A stretch of 64,000 nucleotides of DNA from an uncultured Nitrososphaeraceae archaeon (GTDB lineage Archaea; Thermoproteota; Nitrososphaeria; Nitrososphaerales; Nitrososphaeraceae). The stretch spans positions 32,001 through 96,000 of the forward strand of contig CAWIMJ010000034.1 in NCBI GenBank assembly GCA_963837175.1, read 5' to 3'. The stretch's first letter is position 1; each line of letters opens with the position of its first letter. Both the position numbers and the translations under genes were made by a program. The notes beneath the pieces are model-generated. The model saw only the letters and a program-made list of their open reading frames with translations. It was not told where the DNA came from and searched no databases. Positions 9,578 through 22,067 of the stretch are shown piece after piece.

Positions 9578-12386
9578 TCAAGCTTCTCCTGGTAAATTGC
9601 GGAGCAATATCTTACTAAGATCTCTTTTTAAAGATCCAAAAAAGGTTGGATCAAAACGTTCCATAATCGGCTTCATAAAATCTTTATTATCAATACGAAT
9701 TGATGTTTTTGTCGTTGCTTTTTTACCGTTTTTGATCCCTATAAAAAGAGATTCTACTTGAAATTCTGGTGCTTTAGGCATAGTTACTACACATATATTG
9801 TTCTGGTGTACAAGCGTATCTTTTCCCAAGTCTCCTGACAAATCTGCAGTATTCATTCCTAACGCAATAATTGCTTTTGAATCTTTAACAGTATATTGCA
9901 TCCTACTTTCAGGCGCAATCGTTTCCGTAAGGTGACCAGCGAAACCTGCAATTTTTTCTACAGCGTTTCTTAATACTGGTTTGACGTTTTTGATTGGACT
10001 ACAAGTTATCTGAATTACTGGAATTTTCTCAAATTTTTTGTTTTCCGCATCATCAATAGATCTAGCGAACGCGTATCCTCCGTAGATAACCGAACTGTAG
10101 TGAACATCTCCTGAAAAAATCACTACGGCGAAAGGATTGAAATTTTCTTTCAGCCACTCCATCAGAGAAGCTCGCTGGCTTGGATTGTTATCGAATAGTT
10201 CCCAGTCGCCTGGATATCTTGCTTCAGGATAAGGATAAGTTGCATCTTGGCCAATAAGGTGAAACGGATGTCCAAAAAAGGGAGTTGGCAGTCCCATTAA
10301 TAAAACAGTGTTTCTGGCAAACTTATGTTTAACTAGCAGGTCCTTAAGTTTTTGCCTCACCTTTGGGCCAGTAAGATTTGCTGATTTGTTGTCTGCGGAT
10401 TGTTTGATATCATATTTAAATCTTGCATATATTTTAGCAATTTGTTCTTTAAGCATAGAACTATAATCTTTACATTTTCTATCAGGTAGAGGAGGATCAA
10501 CAACAGGAAATTCACGAAGTGTTCTAGTGTCAACACAAAGGGCTTTTGGGTTCGAAGCGACCATGAATGACCAGTGTCTTGATAAAATTGCTTTATAGAA
10601 GGATTCGGCATTAGCACCTGGTTTTCCGTTATTTATCATAAGATCATTCAGATGATTTAACATTGATTGTTTGAATGTCTCCTCAAACGTATTTGGATCA
10701 TTTCCCCATCCTTGGAAGATCATGAATGCCGTCAATGCATTTGCAATTATCTGTCTGCCAGGTTGAGTACTTTTTTGTGGTTCTCTCCCACAACGCATCT
10801 AGATTCCGATCATCCGTAACATCATGATCGTCGAAAATCATATAAGTTGCACAATTCGCCATAACCCGACGGCATGCACCTACGTAAAGGGAATAATCCC
10901 AAAGTGTAGGATAACCGTATATCCGAAGTGTAGGATAACCGCCTATTATACGTTTTTTGATTTCATCATCTCTTATACAATATTTATCCCAAAGCTCTTT
11001 AGACCAGACTAGCAAGTACATAGATGCATATTCTGGGAAAGAAAGCAAATGAGCCTCACCATCGTCAGTTGAAAATCCAAACTGACTCGTGGAGTAGTGA
11101 GTTAGATGTTTTCGCCTTGAATATTTTTTAATATCACATTTATCATCGTCTCTCAGGTTATTAGCTGGAATTTCATTCGTTGGAGTAAATTTCCCACCAA
11201 GATTGATCTCCTCATTATAGCCGAAAATATCATAACTAAGTTTTTGAATAGCATGAAAAAGCGGAAGAGCTGCATCATCTGCATATATTTGATCTCCAGT
11301 TAGTATGAGACTTGCTGGTCTTTCATATGTGAGTTTTCTCTTTTCATACATCCAATCATCGAATACTCCAAAAGCGTCCTTCATGGAATCTGGATACTCC
11401 AAATCACCTGACCCTGGACGACGGCAAGAGCCATGTGCTATACTGGTATTTTTCTCCCCTATTATTAGAGTAGGTAGTTGAAATGGTATATAATTTATAG
11501 CTAATTTTAGATCAGAAAGTTTTCTATGTTCAGGTATTTTGTTATAAAACTGAAATTCCACATCATATCCTATTATAGTATCTGTTGGAAATGATCCCTC
11601 TAGTGGATTGACCTCAAATAAGGCCACCCAGAAATTCTTTCCTAACTGCCTAATTATCGTTGTTGGTCTGCTTAAAGGAATCTTATTTAAAATTTTACCT
11701 TCACTATCATAACGAAACATGGTGGTGTATATACCAATTATCTTCTCATTGAGGGCAATCCAAAACCAGACGGAAGTTTTTGTGGCCCTGCGAACTATGG
11801 GGCCAGCAAGCACCAGCGGAAGGTCTTTACTCGGAAAAGAAGGATCCTGAGGCTTAAGAACCGGTGGAGCTATAGGCCCTCTAGAAATTTTGGATCTTTC
11901 GCTCATTACTTTATCACGGAGCTGAAGCCAAAGCGTTTGTAAAGGACAATCTTTAGGATTTTTAGGGTTTGGTACGAGATTATTATTACCTATTAATTTT
12001 CTAAATCTCTGGTTTACTTCTTGTGCAACTTTGGTACACTCTTGTGGCGGGAGGGCTTGGTAAAGCTTTGCCCAGTTTCCAGGTACATACGGTTTTCCTT
12101 TAGTTAATCTATTAGCTATTTCATGTGGTGTTTCATATTCAGTATACTGAATAATTCTAAATGGACTTACTGATTCTGACGAGGCTTCAAAGGGATTAGC
12201 TTCTGACTGCAGAGATGTAGACTCACTTAAATCTCGTATAGGAGAAGTGTAAGATTCTTGTTTAGTCTGCAGCATGTGAATATTAAAAGGACTTTCTGAT
12301 TCTGATTCTGATTCTGATTCTTCTACTGTCCTATTGTTATTATTCCCAAAACTATTATAACTAGGTCTAAAAGGCTCTTTGACCAT
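9578..12386 (-). pseudogene. PhoD-like (alkaline phosphatase D) metallophosphatase with an acidic leader; frameshift near 10771-10777
   Basis: 'AHGSCRRP', 'LTGDQIYADD', 'MIFDDHDVTDD', 'FSGDVHYS'. ORFs 10698-12386 and 9578-10798 join at an A-run. Confidence 0.8.
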
Positions 12387-12935
12387 AAAGGAACCTTAGG
12401 GTTGAAGTATTTGAATTTTTTCCTATAGGAGAATAAACATGAATTAAAGGCTCTAACTTCAGTTGCTAATCGACAATCATATAATTAAATAATACAAAAT
12501 ATTTTTCTTGTTACGCAGGATAGTTTATCAATGCATTGTTGCATAACTCATTAATCTCTATGCGGCATTGCATTTTGAAGCTATTTTCTTGTAATAAATG
12601 TATTGTCACTAAAACAGCTCAAGCACAAGAGATGGAAACATGGGAAATAATTATGAAGATAGATGGATTATGGCAGAAACGGTATTTTCTTTTTTTAAAA
12701 GGATGTTTTTTGGAGAATATGTATCAGCAAAAAAATATACCCAAACAGGATAAATGAAATACTCCTAAAAGCATCGCATTGTATAATGCATTTATCTTCA
12801 TAAAATAATTAATTACATAAACACATGAGTTAACATGTTAGGTTATGCAATAGAGAGAACACAACAAAACTATTTCAGTCAATACATTATGTAATAGGAT
12901 GGGCATATTGTAATTGTATTTGCGCTTTTCCTTTA

Positions 12936-13300
12936 TTAGAAGGTCAATCTGTGTATGTAATATATTATTATTATGCTGCATATCAAAATCTCATGGATTA
13001 TCCATTCGTCTTCAATATTTTCAATAAGCGTATCTAATCTATTCATTGCTACCTTTAATAGAAGTATTGATTTATCGATTACTCTTTGAGCCTTTTGAAT
13101 ATGGTTTGGCTCTTGAGTTTGATAAAATGAATAGTTATTAGTGTATTCTGCTTCATGATCATCACCATCATCATTGACTTTTAGTATTTCACGCGTCTCC
13201 TTTACTGATAAATGTCTTCTAGATGTTAATTTGCAAATTCTGATTGTTTGGACTTGTCTTTGATAGAACACAGTTCTTCTGCTATACTTGTACCTATAAT
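12936..13300 (-). pseudogene. Degenerate C-terminal half of a ParB-like protein (paralog of 35417-36286)
   Basis: 'KAQRVIDKSILLLKVAMNRLDTLIENIEDEWIIHEIL' vs 'KAQRSFDKSIIALKVALNRIGGIISEIEDNWIAYETL'. Confidence 0.7.
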
Positions 13301-13419
13301 AGACTCTGTAATTGAGTCAAGTAAATCATAAGAAAGCTCTAGTAATCTTATCTGTTTAAAATATCAGCATCACAAAGAAAGAGAATCAAAAAGAGTCATA
13401 CAAGAAGTACAAAGGCATA

Positions 13420-14570
13420 ACAGTCTTGAACATGTCAGAGGTCTTCATTGTGATGTCTACTTGTTTGATGTCACAAACCTTTATCCTATAATGATAATAA
13501 TAAAGTATAACCTATCCCCGAAACTATCAATTGCTCCTGCTGTACGAATAATCTAAAGACTAAGAAAATGTTAGACTAGAAATCCTACAAGATTGTAAGC
13601 ATATTCCTAAAGAAGGATCTTATTGGATATATCAGCAAAGAAAAGGTTTATTTGCAAAAATATTGTCAGAGATAACAGAGCAGCGTATCAAATACAACAA
13701 CGCTGGTTTGGAAGTTGAAAGCCAAGCAATAAAAGCAATCATAAATTCAAGATACGGTGTATTTGGTTACCTTATTTCAAATACTATGATCCAATAGTTG
13801 CAGAATTGGTAACAGCATTTGGTAGATATATACATTAACCAAGATTTAAGATGTAGCTCATGGTCTTGTATTTAGCATTCTCTATGGAGATACAGACTCA
13901 TTATTTGTAAATAATGTAAAGAAGGCAGGCGCCAACAACTTCATCTCTGAATGTAAATCAAAATTAGGAATTGAGGTAGGACATGAGAGAACCTTTAGCA
14001 AATTAATCTTAGTTGGCAAGAAGCATTACGTTGGAATATTGTCTGACCTTAAAAAGAATCTATTATTAAAGAAATGGAAGGCATCAAATCAGATAGACCA
14101 GAATTTATTCATAGAGTCTTCAAACAACTAGTAAATGATATCAAATGTGGTAACCAGCCTATTCCAAAATTAAAGCAAGCATTACAGGAACTTAATGACA
14201 GAAGTATTCCTCCAGAGTTGCTAACAATATCTTTGGTATTGCGTAAAAGTCCAGAAGACTATGAACATACTTGCAAGCAAAGCAGATTAGGTACAAAACA
14301 GAGATTATGTAAAGATGATACTCTTGTTTATTACAAATCTCATATAAAGCAGGCCGTTTATGATAAACAAAGACAAAGCAGCAGATATTTTAAGTTGTTT
14401 CTGAATCTTATAGTCCTAATGACATCAGTTATGTAAAATACAAAGAAATGCTTTTGAATGCTGTTAAGGATATGCTGGAAGTTTTAGGCTATGATATTGA
14501 AAAGGATTTACTATTATCCAAGAAAAAACTGATGGATGGCGGTTATTTTAAAGATAGGCTAAATAATTGA
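13420..14570 (+). pseudogene. Family B DNA polymerase (polymerase domain) pseudogene
   Basis: Manual translation: 'FDVTNLYP' (motif A), 'KAIINSRYGVFG' (motif B), 'YGDTDSLF' (motif C), 'KKHYVG', 'EGIKSDRP'; several frameshifts and stops. Confidence 0.8.
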
Positions 14571-14801
14571 GTATAAGAATCTATCAGGTTAAAGCAGAGA
14601 ATAATAATAATATCTCTCAAAATCATAGAAAGCAATTAGTATCACAAGGACTTGATCTTATCTTATCTCATCTCATCTCTTCTCTTTTTACTACGATAAG
14701 CCAACAACGATTATTCCCTAGAAAGATATAATGACCAAATACTCCAAAGGAGCTCTTCATTTACCGATATGATTATAGCTTGAAAACTATTCCTTATAAT
14801 T

Positions 14802-15400
14802 ATGTCGAAAAGAACGTCTTTAGGTTATATCTATTATGCTTTAAAATTATATTCGTCTGGTCTTTCTCTTCGAAAAAGATCTAGGCAGCAGTTATCTATG
14901 CTAATTAAACGAAACCATTTTCTATTTGGAATTGGATTCAGAAATACAAGCCAAAGAAACTATTACAAAACAAAAAGAAGAAAATACAAGATTTATCATA
15001 GATGAAACACTCATTAAAGTTAACAGCGACTATGTTTGGATTTGGATATCAATCGAACCCACTTACAAAACAAATCTTAGCATACGCACTTCATTTGAAA
15101 GAAATATGCTTGTAGCAGAGCAATTTTAAAAATCTTGGTAAAGAATTATGGAAAGTATCCAGTATCAACAGATGATGAAACATGGTATCAATTACAAGCA
15201 TGTAATTTTCTAAAAATAAAGCATCATCTACATTTGCCATATGAAAAAAGTATCATAGAAAGAACCATCCAATACATTAAAGATATAACTGAATACTTTG
15301 ATGATGATTATTTTCCATGTAGAAAAAGCAACTGTAAATTAGGACATATTGTGCATTGGCTAAATTTGTTAGTAGATATGCACAATGAGATGATTCTAGA
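14802..15400 (+). pseudogene. IS6-family transposase pseudogene
   Basis: 'YSSGLSLRK', 'IIDETLIKV..YVWIWI', 'VSTD', 'EKSIIERTIQYIKD' spread over three ORFs. Confidence 0.85.
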
Positions 15401-15450
15401 AATGCGGGAAAGATATGGCAGAAAAGCCATTTACATACAGATGGTGCTGT

Positions 15451-16320
15451 TAGATGGTACAATAATTCACGTAAATACATTAGGATAAAACACCTTGTCT
15501 ATGAATACTGGATTTAGGAACTTGATAATGGAAAGATTTGTACAACCAATAAAGGATAAGATAGAAACAATGTTTTGATGATCACTTTTCCCGTACAAAA
15601 GCGATAGAGGCGGAACAGATATTACAAATGCCTCTGTAAAGATCTATTGGAGCCAATGTATCCTTGTTGTACATTCAGTAATTGTTGTAAATGGATCAAA
15701 GAAGGATAAGTAGAAGAATTCAATTGAATTCTAAAGCATAGAGACAAAGAACTTTATATACTTAACCTTTGTGATAAAATTGTAAAGTCAAAAGCGATAT
15801 TAATTGGAACAATGGCAATTCTAGCAATTTTCGTGGGAACCTCCGCTTTTTCAAATAGTAGTGCATACGCAGCGTCCATACATGTGGCATATGCAGCTCC
15901 GCCTAGCCAAAATCCAGCACCATCTGACGGAACCTCGTTGGTTTATGCAATAATAAATAACAATATTATAGATTTTACTGAAGTAGTTGCTGATGATGCG
16001 TTCGGCCATTCTATAGGATGGGATCCAAATGGAGTGGATACATTTTTCACAGTAGACGTACTTTTTTTTACCAGTAGTAATTCAGTAATTGCGTAAGCAC
16101 AAATGATCCTTTTAATATTAATGTCTGTGGCGTAAATCTTGTTATTCCTGTTGGTTTAGAGGCAAATATTACAAAGTCTATGAACACGACAGCATCCAAA
16201 TAATTTTCTTCCTTTTTTCTTTGATTAATATATGTTAAGCAATTATAAAAATATAAATTCCTCTTCTTCTATTCTCCAAATCTATTTTACGTCTAAAGCA
16301 TTTATATTGTATTATTAGTT
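15451..16320. repeat. ~870-bp duplication, copy 2, containing a pseudogenised copy (15782-16203) of the 1420 gene
   Basis: Start GTG changed to GTA, and a 1-bp loss in the T-run near 16062 gives an early stop at 16096. Confidence 0.9.
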
Positions 16321-18474
16321 ATATTATTTGGACTTACAAAATCTATTCCCTATGTTCTGTATAGTGGTGATTTTATCTTAATGTAACGTTTAGATTTAAT
16401 TATTATATTTGGATCCATTAACTTAAGCAATTATCTTTGTATTGTTTATTATACTCACACACAGAATAGATTGAACCAGCGGAAGTAAAGAAAAACCCAC
16501 TCTTCAGTAATATATAATATATTAACATATATTATAGTAGAAGAGACGAAATTCAATTATATCAAAGAACACGTCTCCTTATTTTTCTTTTCAAAACCTA
16601 TTCATTATTATTACTGCAGATTTCTTTCATTCTCAGCATAAAAAATTTTATCATTAACTTTTTGGGGTTTAATGAAACCTAGTTTGTTTCAAGTCTTTAC
16701 CATAAACAGCCGGATCAATCAATAACCTGTCACAAGTGACATTTGTCACAGATGGAGGATTTGTAGAAATGAGCCTTCACCACCTAGGGAATGAGCCGTC
16801 TTATTATGCTATGCTACATGACTACATCAAGCCTTCAAGGGAACATGCACGAGTCGATAGGCCTTGGACTCGAAAAGGAGAACTAAAAAGGTTCATAAAT
16901 GTGCAGACTATGCAGCAGTTTTCAGCTACTATGAGGCAAGACTCATACGAGGAGCCTGCATGAAAACACTGAACTGTTCACAAAGTTCGAAGGGGATCAT
17001 GTTCATGACATCGAGCAAACCGTCCCTCAGACGTTGGCATATCCAAGGAAGTCATAAATCAAAACAAAGAGCCCGAACTAATCAAACCTAGTCAGAAATT
17101 CGCGCTGTGGAGTAAATCTGAGAGGCAAAAGCGCCGAGCCGAGGTTTACAAACTACGTTTTGACCACGGAATGTCAGCCGCCACTATGATAGCCCATCTC
17201 ATGCAGGTGGACCAGAACATCAACCATTAACAGATACATAGTGCACCTATACAAGGAGCTCCGCAAGAATGCCTAGAACATCGATTTTTCGTCCTACTAT
17301 ACCCGGCAGATGGTAAGGCCAGAATCCCAACGAGCGCGGCTTGCAATCTATCTAAACGACGTCAAAGAGTGAGATAAGAGGATCATGATAGAGCGCTTAC
17401 TGGTAGATATTGACTTTAGGCTTCTGGCCAGTATCCAAAAGGTGTGGAGTCCGGCAAGATAGCATTCATAAAATCCGTCTTGGTTGATCTCAATGATAAA
17501 GCAAAAAACTGAAGATGAATGACAGGTTCCTGACGCTTGAAACACAGCTTAGACTCAAACCAGAGACATATAATAAAGTCTGGCCCACTATCCAAAAGGA
17601 GGGTGGCGCGAGTTGGTAAAAGCTCATAAGAAAATCGATGGTTAACCTTGCCCCATAAAAGGGGAAGATGCAGAGCTCACTACAATATGAAATGACTATG
17701 GTACCGAGATACTAGGCCATCATGTCCAATACACTAATGATTGGCGTTATGAACCACTATCCAAAAATTACTTACCTAAAGGACTTGCTAGAGAGCGACA
17801 CGCATTACCAGATGACATTAAAAAAATTCCCTCAATGAAGCATTCGCAAACAGATGTCAAAGAAGATTGGTAAGAAAGAAGAATAGCATTACACTAAAGC
17901 CGTTAGGTGATGATGCTTTAAGTTCATACTCAGCTGAATGCAATTAGATCGCTCGATGCCGGACAGTAGTTGTTTTAAGTTGTCCATTTATTTTCGTGAA
18001 TATAGATTTGACCATTTGCCCTTGAAGTTTTCTTCAGGATTTGAAAGTCTAGCTCGGCCCCATTAATCGATTGACAGAGGGATGGCTTTGCCTGGATTTC
18101 CATCAATGCCAGCTCTTCTCTCCTTTTAGCCAGGCAATAGATGTGTCTCCAGATAACTCACCTTTGCCGCTATTGCCCAGCATGTGTACTGCTGTGATCA
18201 TATCTCTCTTGCTTTGAAGTAGAATTGCTTTGATAAATAGACACATAGATTCGACAAACTAACATCATTGCTGAATTATCCGGGTTCACCTGCTCTTTTA
18301 TAGAGAGAGATAGAGACTCTTTCATTTGATAACTCCATCAAATACCTTCCATAGCGTCTGGCTAGTACAGACAAGGTAGTTAAAATATGGAAACCATTAA
18401 TCGGCCGACAACTCTTGGGATAACAAAGGCATTGTCATGGCAGATAGGTATCCGGAGAGGTTGGTTTCGGCAGG

Positions 18475-19779
18475 TCAGCGTGATTGGGAAAGTGTGGGAC
18501 GAACAATTTTGTCCCTTATCTTAAGCCATTCCTGCACCCCACTGAGTGTCTTCCGGTCGGATCGGCTGACCTTTAAGTCCTTGATGCCGAGCATAGAACA
18601 CCATATTGGTGAGTTCTTTAGGATCAGTCTGGCCATTCCTTATCGCTTGAGTGACTGCCAGATTTTCTTGACCTGCACGGATTAACTGGCGAAAACGCTC
18701 GATGAATGTCCCGTACAACCCGCTGGACGATGATGTAGGGTTGACTGTAGAGACGGAAGCAGTTGTAGCAATATTGCCGCCCTGCCGGCGGCAATGCCGT
18801 TGTAAATGTAAATCCAGTCGATGTGCTGATCTTTGCGTAACCAACCCGGGTCCCAACATTGTTTGTCTGTAAGACGGCTTAGTGGCGTAATGTCTTCGTG
18901 TCCAAGGAGGCACGAGCTACGCCACCATGGTTGTTTACTTTTCTTACTTATGTCACAAAGGTTATCTGTATAAAGTGGCCATTTATGTCGTTGTGCGATG
19001 TCCCATGCAAGTCGGGCAACTGTCTCATGTTGTGCCTTAGTGAAACGAAGTCCAGGACGCATGGGTTTTGCAGCAGGATCTGTTATCAGTTCACCGTTGG
19101 GACCCCCATTATATACGCAGGGAACACATTCCACGTGAACATATGTCATGTTTGGGTCGTTATGAAGTGGAATGAGATCCAAGGAGTGCGCGCGACCGGG
19201 CCATCGTGCTCGCCAGAGTGGAATAACCACAGGCATTAGATCACTCTCGAAGCGTCCTTCTTTGATTGAGGCCCACTGATCTTTTGATTTATCAATGATA
19301 TAATTACCTGTTGATTTATCGATGATATAATTACCTTTTTTATCCTCCAGGTAAACATGCCCGACACCCCAAGCCACTTGACGCTCGTTCATTACCTGGT
19401 GTAACTGCTACCCTTCTGTACCAGCCCATCCATTCACGTAATGTGTCCCTCCAGTGCCAGGTTTCTCTCTAGTGCCAACATAGTAACGAACCGCATATTC
19501 ATCGGGAGGTTTGCCAGGCAATTCGCGCTTTAATTGGAACGCCCCCCCTGTAGTATGAACTACAAGGCCGTAGACCTTATCGCGCCAAGGAGTAATTCTG
19601 GGACCATGGCCATTGTGGAGGCCGAGGTCCCGACGTGCTAGGGGAGACAAACCATATTCGAGCTCCCCTTGAGGCGTATCAAATTCAAAACCGCTATACT
19701 CGTCCAGTTCGTTAGTTTTAAGGGAAAAAATTTCTACATCTTCTTCGAGATTAGACATTTGATAACTAACATTTACCAT
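18475..19779 (-). pseudogene. N-acetylmuramoyl-L-alanine amidase (Amidase_2-like) with acidic N-terminus and small C-terminal helical domain; in-frame TAG at 19408-19410 plus frameshifts
   Basis: 'LVVHTTGG', 'THYV', 'HVEC', 'LLGHEDI', 'WDPG'. C-terminal 'ELTNMVFYARH...' continues in a shifted frame as 'QEWLKIRDKIVRPTL'. Confidence 0.7.
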
Positions 19780-20942
19780 CTACTTAAGGAATTTGTATCT
19801 ACAAGGGATAAAATGAGGTAAACCATGATTGATATCTATCGTAGATTTATTGGTATCGTGAGTATGATGGAACTGAAAAGGTATCGTACTGGCGCACAGC
19901 ATATACGTAAAAGGTGTTGAGACGGGGAAAGCTAAGTGATCTCAGAAATGAGGGATTTGGATAGGAATATGGATTGGTTCAATGGAGACATTCGAATCAA
20001 GTTAGACGATGTTTAAGTGATTCTCATATATATGAATAATAAAGAACAGAAAGAAAAGGAAAAGTAGTGAAAACAAAACAATAACTGAATATAGAACACC
20101 AGACAAAAAAGATACTGATTTAATCTTTGCAATTTATCAAGACACACAGGTGCAAAATCATTTCCTAGCAAGACCGACGAATATCATAGTGAAAAGAGAT
20201 TTTATTTGCTACAACATAACATATTTACTAGAATATGCATAAGCTGTTAATGAATGAAATTTTCTAACTTAAGGTGTTCAACAATGAAGGTTCCGTTATT
20301 CAGGGAGATGTCATAAGCGCTGTATCCAAGCCTTTCTTTAGGATAGTACTATTGCACTGAATACAAAGGGACAATAATTGTTGACGTACAAAATAGATTT
20401 GTTAGTTTTGATGAATTTATAGATGGGTTTTCCAACTTTTGAAATGATGTATGCTACAGCTAATGATGGTCGTGGTAGAACTCTCTTCCATAGTTCAATT
20501 CCACCAGTAAATACAGTTTTAAAGGTATGGGAAGAGGCAAAAAGAAAAATTTACGCCATTGCATGGATTTAGTTATTTTGCAAGGCAATATTTCTGCAAT
20601 AAATCAGAATATATCGCCTAACGATGTGCTAATTCTGTTAGCCTATAAAAAGTGAAACGTATAAAACTAAACGGCCGCAGCAATCTTCAAACCAATATTC
20701 AATTAACTATAGTGTGTAGTAGATTGTAACAATCAAAGCAAATATAATATTCCATAAAGCAAAAGGTTGTAAGGTAAGAATACAAAGCAGTATATCTACA
20801 TACATATACATACTACAGATCTGAACATTTAAACTCGTATTACTATTGTACTATAGAAGTTATACTCTTGCGTTCATAACAGACAAGGATCTTTGAAAAG
20901 TCAGTTAAATAACTTGAAATATCTGCTTGACGGCATTAGCCT

Positions 20943-22067
20943 ATGAAAAATCTCATTACTAAAAGTAAAGGAGATCCATATAACGAAAGATTATTTTTTC
21001 GATACTACCCTTTTAATAAAATCACATATACGAAAATTGAAAGGTTACCTCAGTCTAGACCTAATTATGCACAGTATGCCTTTAGTCTTAGGATAGATAC
21101 AGAATCAGAAAATACATTTCCATTTAAGAAAATAAATTACATTCGTAGTGAAGCGGATTCCTCAACGATGTATAGTTATCCTTCTAAACAGTCTACTGCC
21201 GGCTCACCCTTGCCTGCTTCGCCATTATTATCATTAGGTACGCTGAGAGTTATGACAGAGCAATACGGCCTGCCCGAGAGACTCCGTTTCGCTTATAAGT
21301 TTACAGCAGATGATGCCCTATGGACAGCGCGATTTATCTTAGGTGAGGCTGGTGGTGACGATAATGCAGACAATCATGCAGTTATTTGGGCTATGTTTAA
21401 CCGCTATGCCTTTTTTACCCACTATGGTAGTCCATGGGGTGGCACATACAAAACATTTTACAGTTATTTAAGAAGTTACTCGACACCATTACAGTCGCCA
21501 CTAAATAGTTGGGCGGCAGCACAGCGTGTAATGAATCGTCCAGATTTTGTAAGGTTTGGTGGTTACTATACGGGAAAGAAGGTCCCAAAAGCATGGCGGG
21601 ACATCATCCCGATTGGTCAGGCCGGGATGTTCCTTAGACTCCAGAGCACTCCTTGGCATAAATTACCAGAAAAGGCCAGGAGGGTAGCAGAACAAATAAT
21701 GAAAGGTAATATTTCTAACCCAGGAGTAGGGGTTGCAACTGAATTTGCTCATACGTTTGTGATACTCAGGCAAAATATGCAAAACCTAGCAAAAGAACAA
21801 AATAAAAGAAATCCTGCTTCAAATATTGACATAAGTAAAATAAAACCTAGTCTTCAGGAGTGGGAACAGTTCAATGAAAAATATAAGAAAGGATGGAAAT
21901 GGATTGGTCATGTTTCAAATCTCCACCAGATGTCAAAAAACACCTTTTTCAAAGATATGCGTCCCATTCCTAGTGATATACGTAAAAGACTTTATTCAGA
22001 TTTACCATCAGAAGTAGTTCAGAGTACTCCCGCCGTAATCTCTTTCGAAAATACTACTTTTAGGTAA
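20943..22067 (+). CDS. Putative cell-wall hydrolase (SleB/Hydrolase_2-like) with 'PFKKIxY' leader
   Basis: 'LWTARFILGEAGG...AVIWAMFNR' matches the SleB-type catalytic Glu helix (LARxIxGEAxG...AVxxVxxNR). Intact ORF, no signal peptide. Confidence 0.6.
   Translation: MKNLITKSKGDPYNERLFFRYYPFNKITYTKIERLPQSRPNYAQYAFSLRIDTESENTFPFKKINYIRSEADSSTMYSYPSKQSTAGSPLPASPLLSLGTLRVMTEQYGLPERLRFAYKFTADDALWTARFILGEAGGDDNADNHAVIWAMFNRYAFFTHYGSPWGGTYKTFYSYLRSYSTPLQSPLNSWAAAQRVMNRPDFVRFGGYYTGKKVPKAWRDIIPIGQAGMFLRLQSTPWHKLPEKARRVAEQIMKGNISNPGVGVATEFAHTFVILRQNMQNLAKEQNKRNPASNIDISKIKPSLQEWEQFNEKYKKGWKWIGHVSNLHQMSKNTFFKDMRPIPSDIRKRLYSDLPSEVVQSTPAVISFENTTFR

Noticed and set aside
16700-18430. Short ORFs in a GC-richer stretch
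   Set aside because: Look like decayed HTH or hypothetical gene fragments; no product can be supported.
19408-19410. In-frame TAG in the amidase as pyrrolysine or readthrough
   Set aside because: The gene has further frameshifts and there are no pyl genes in the window; a nonsense mutation is simpler.
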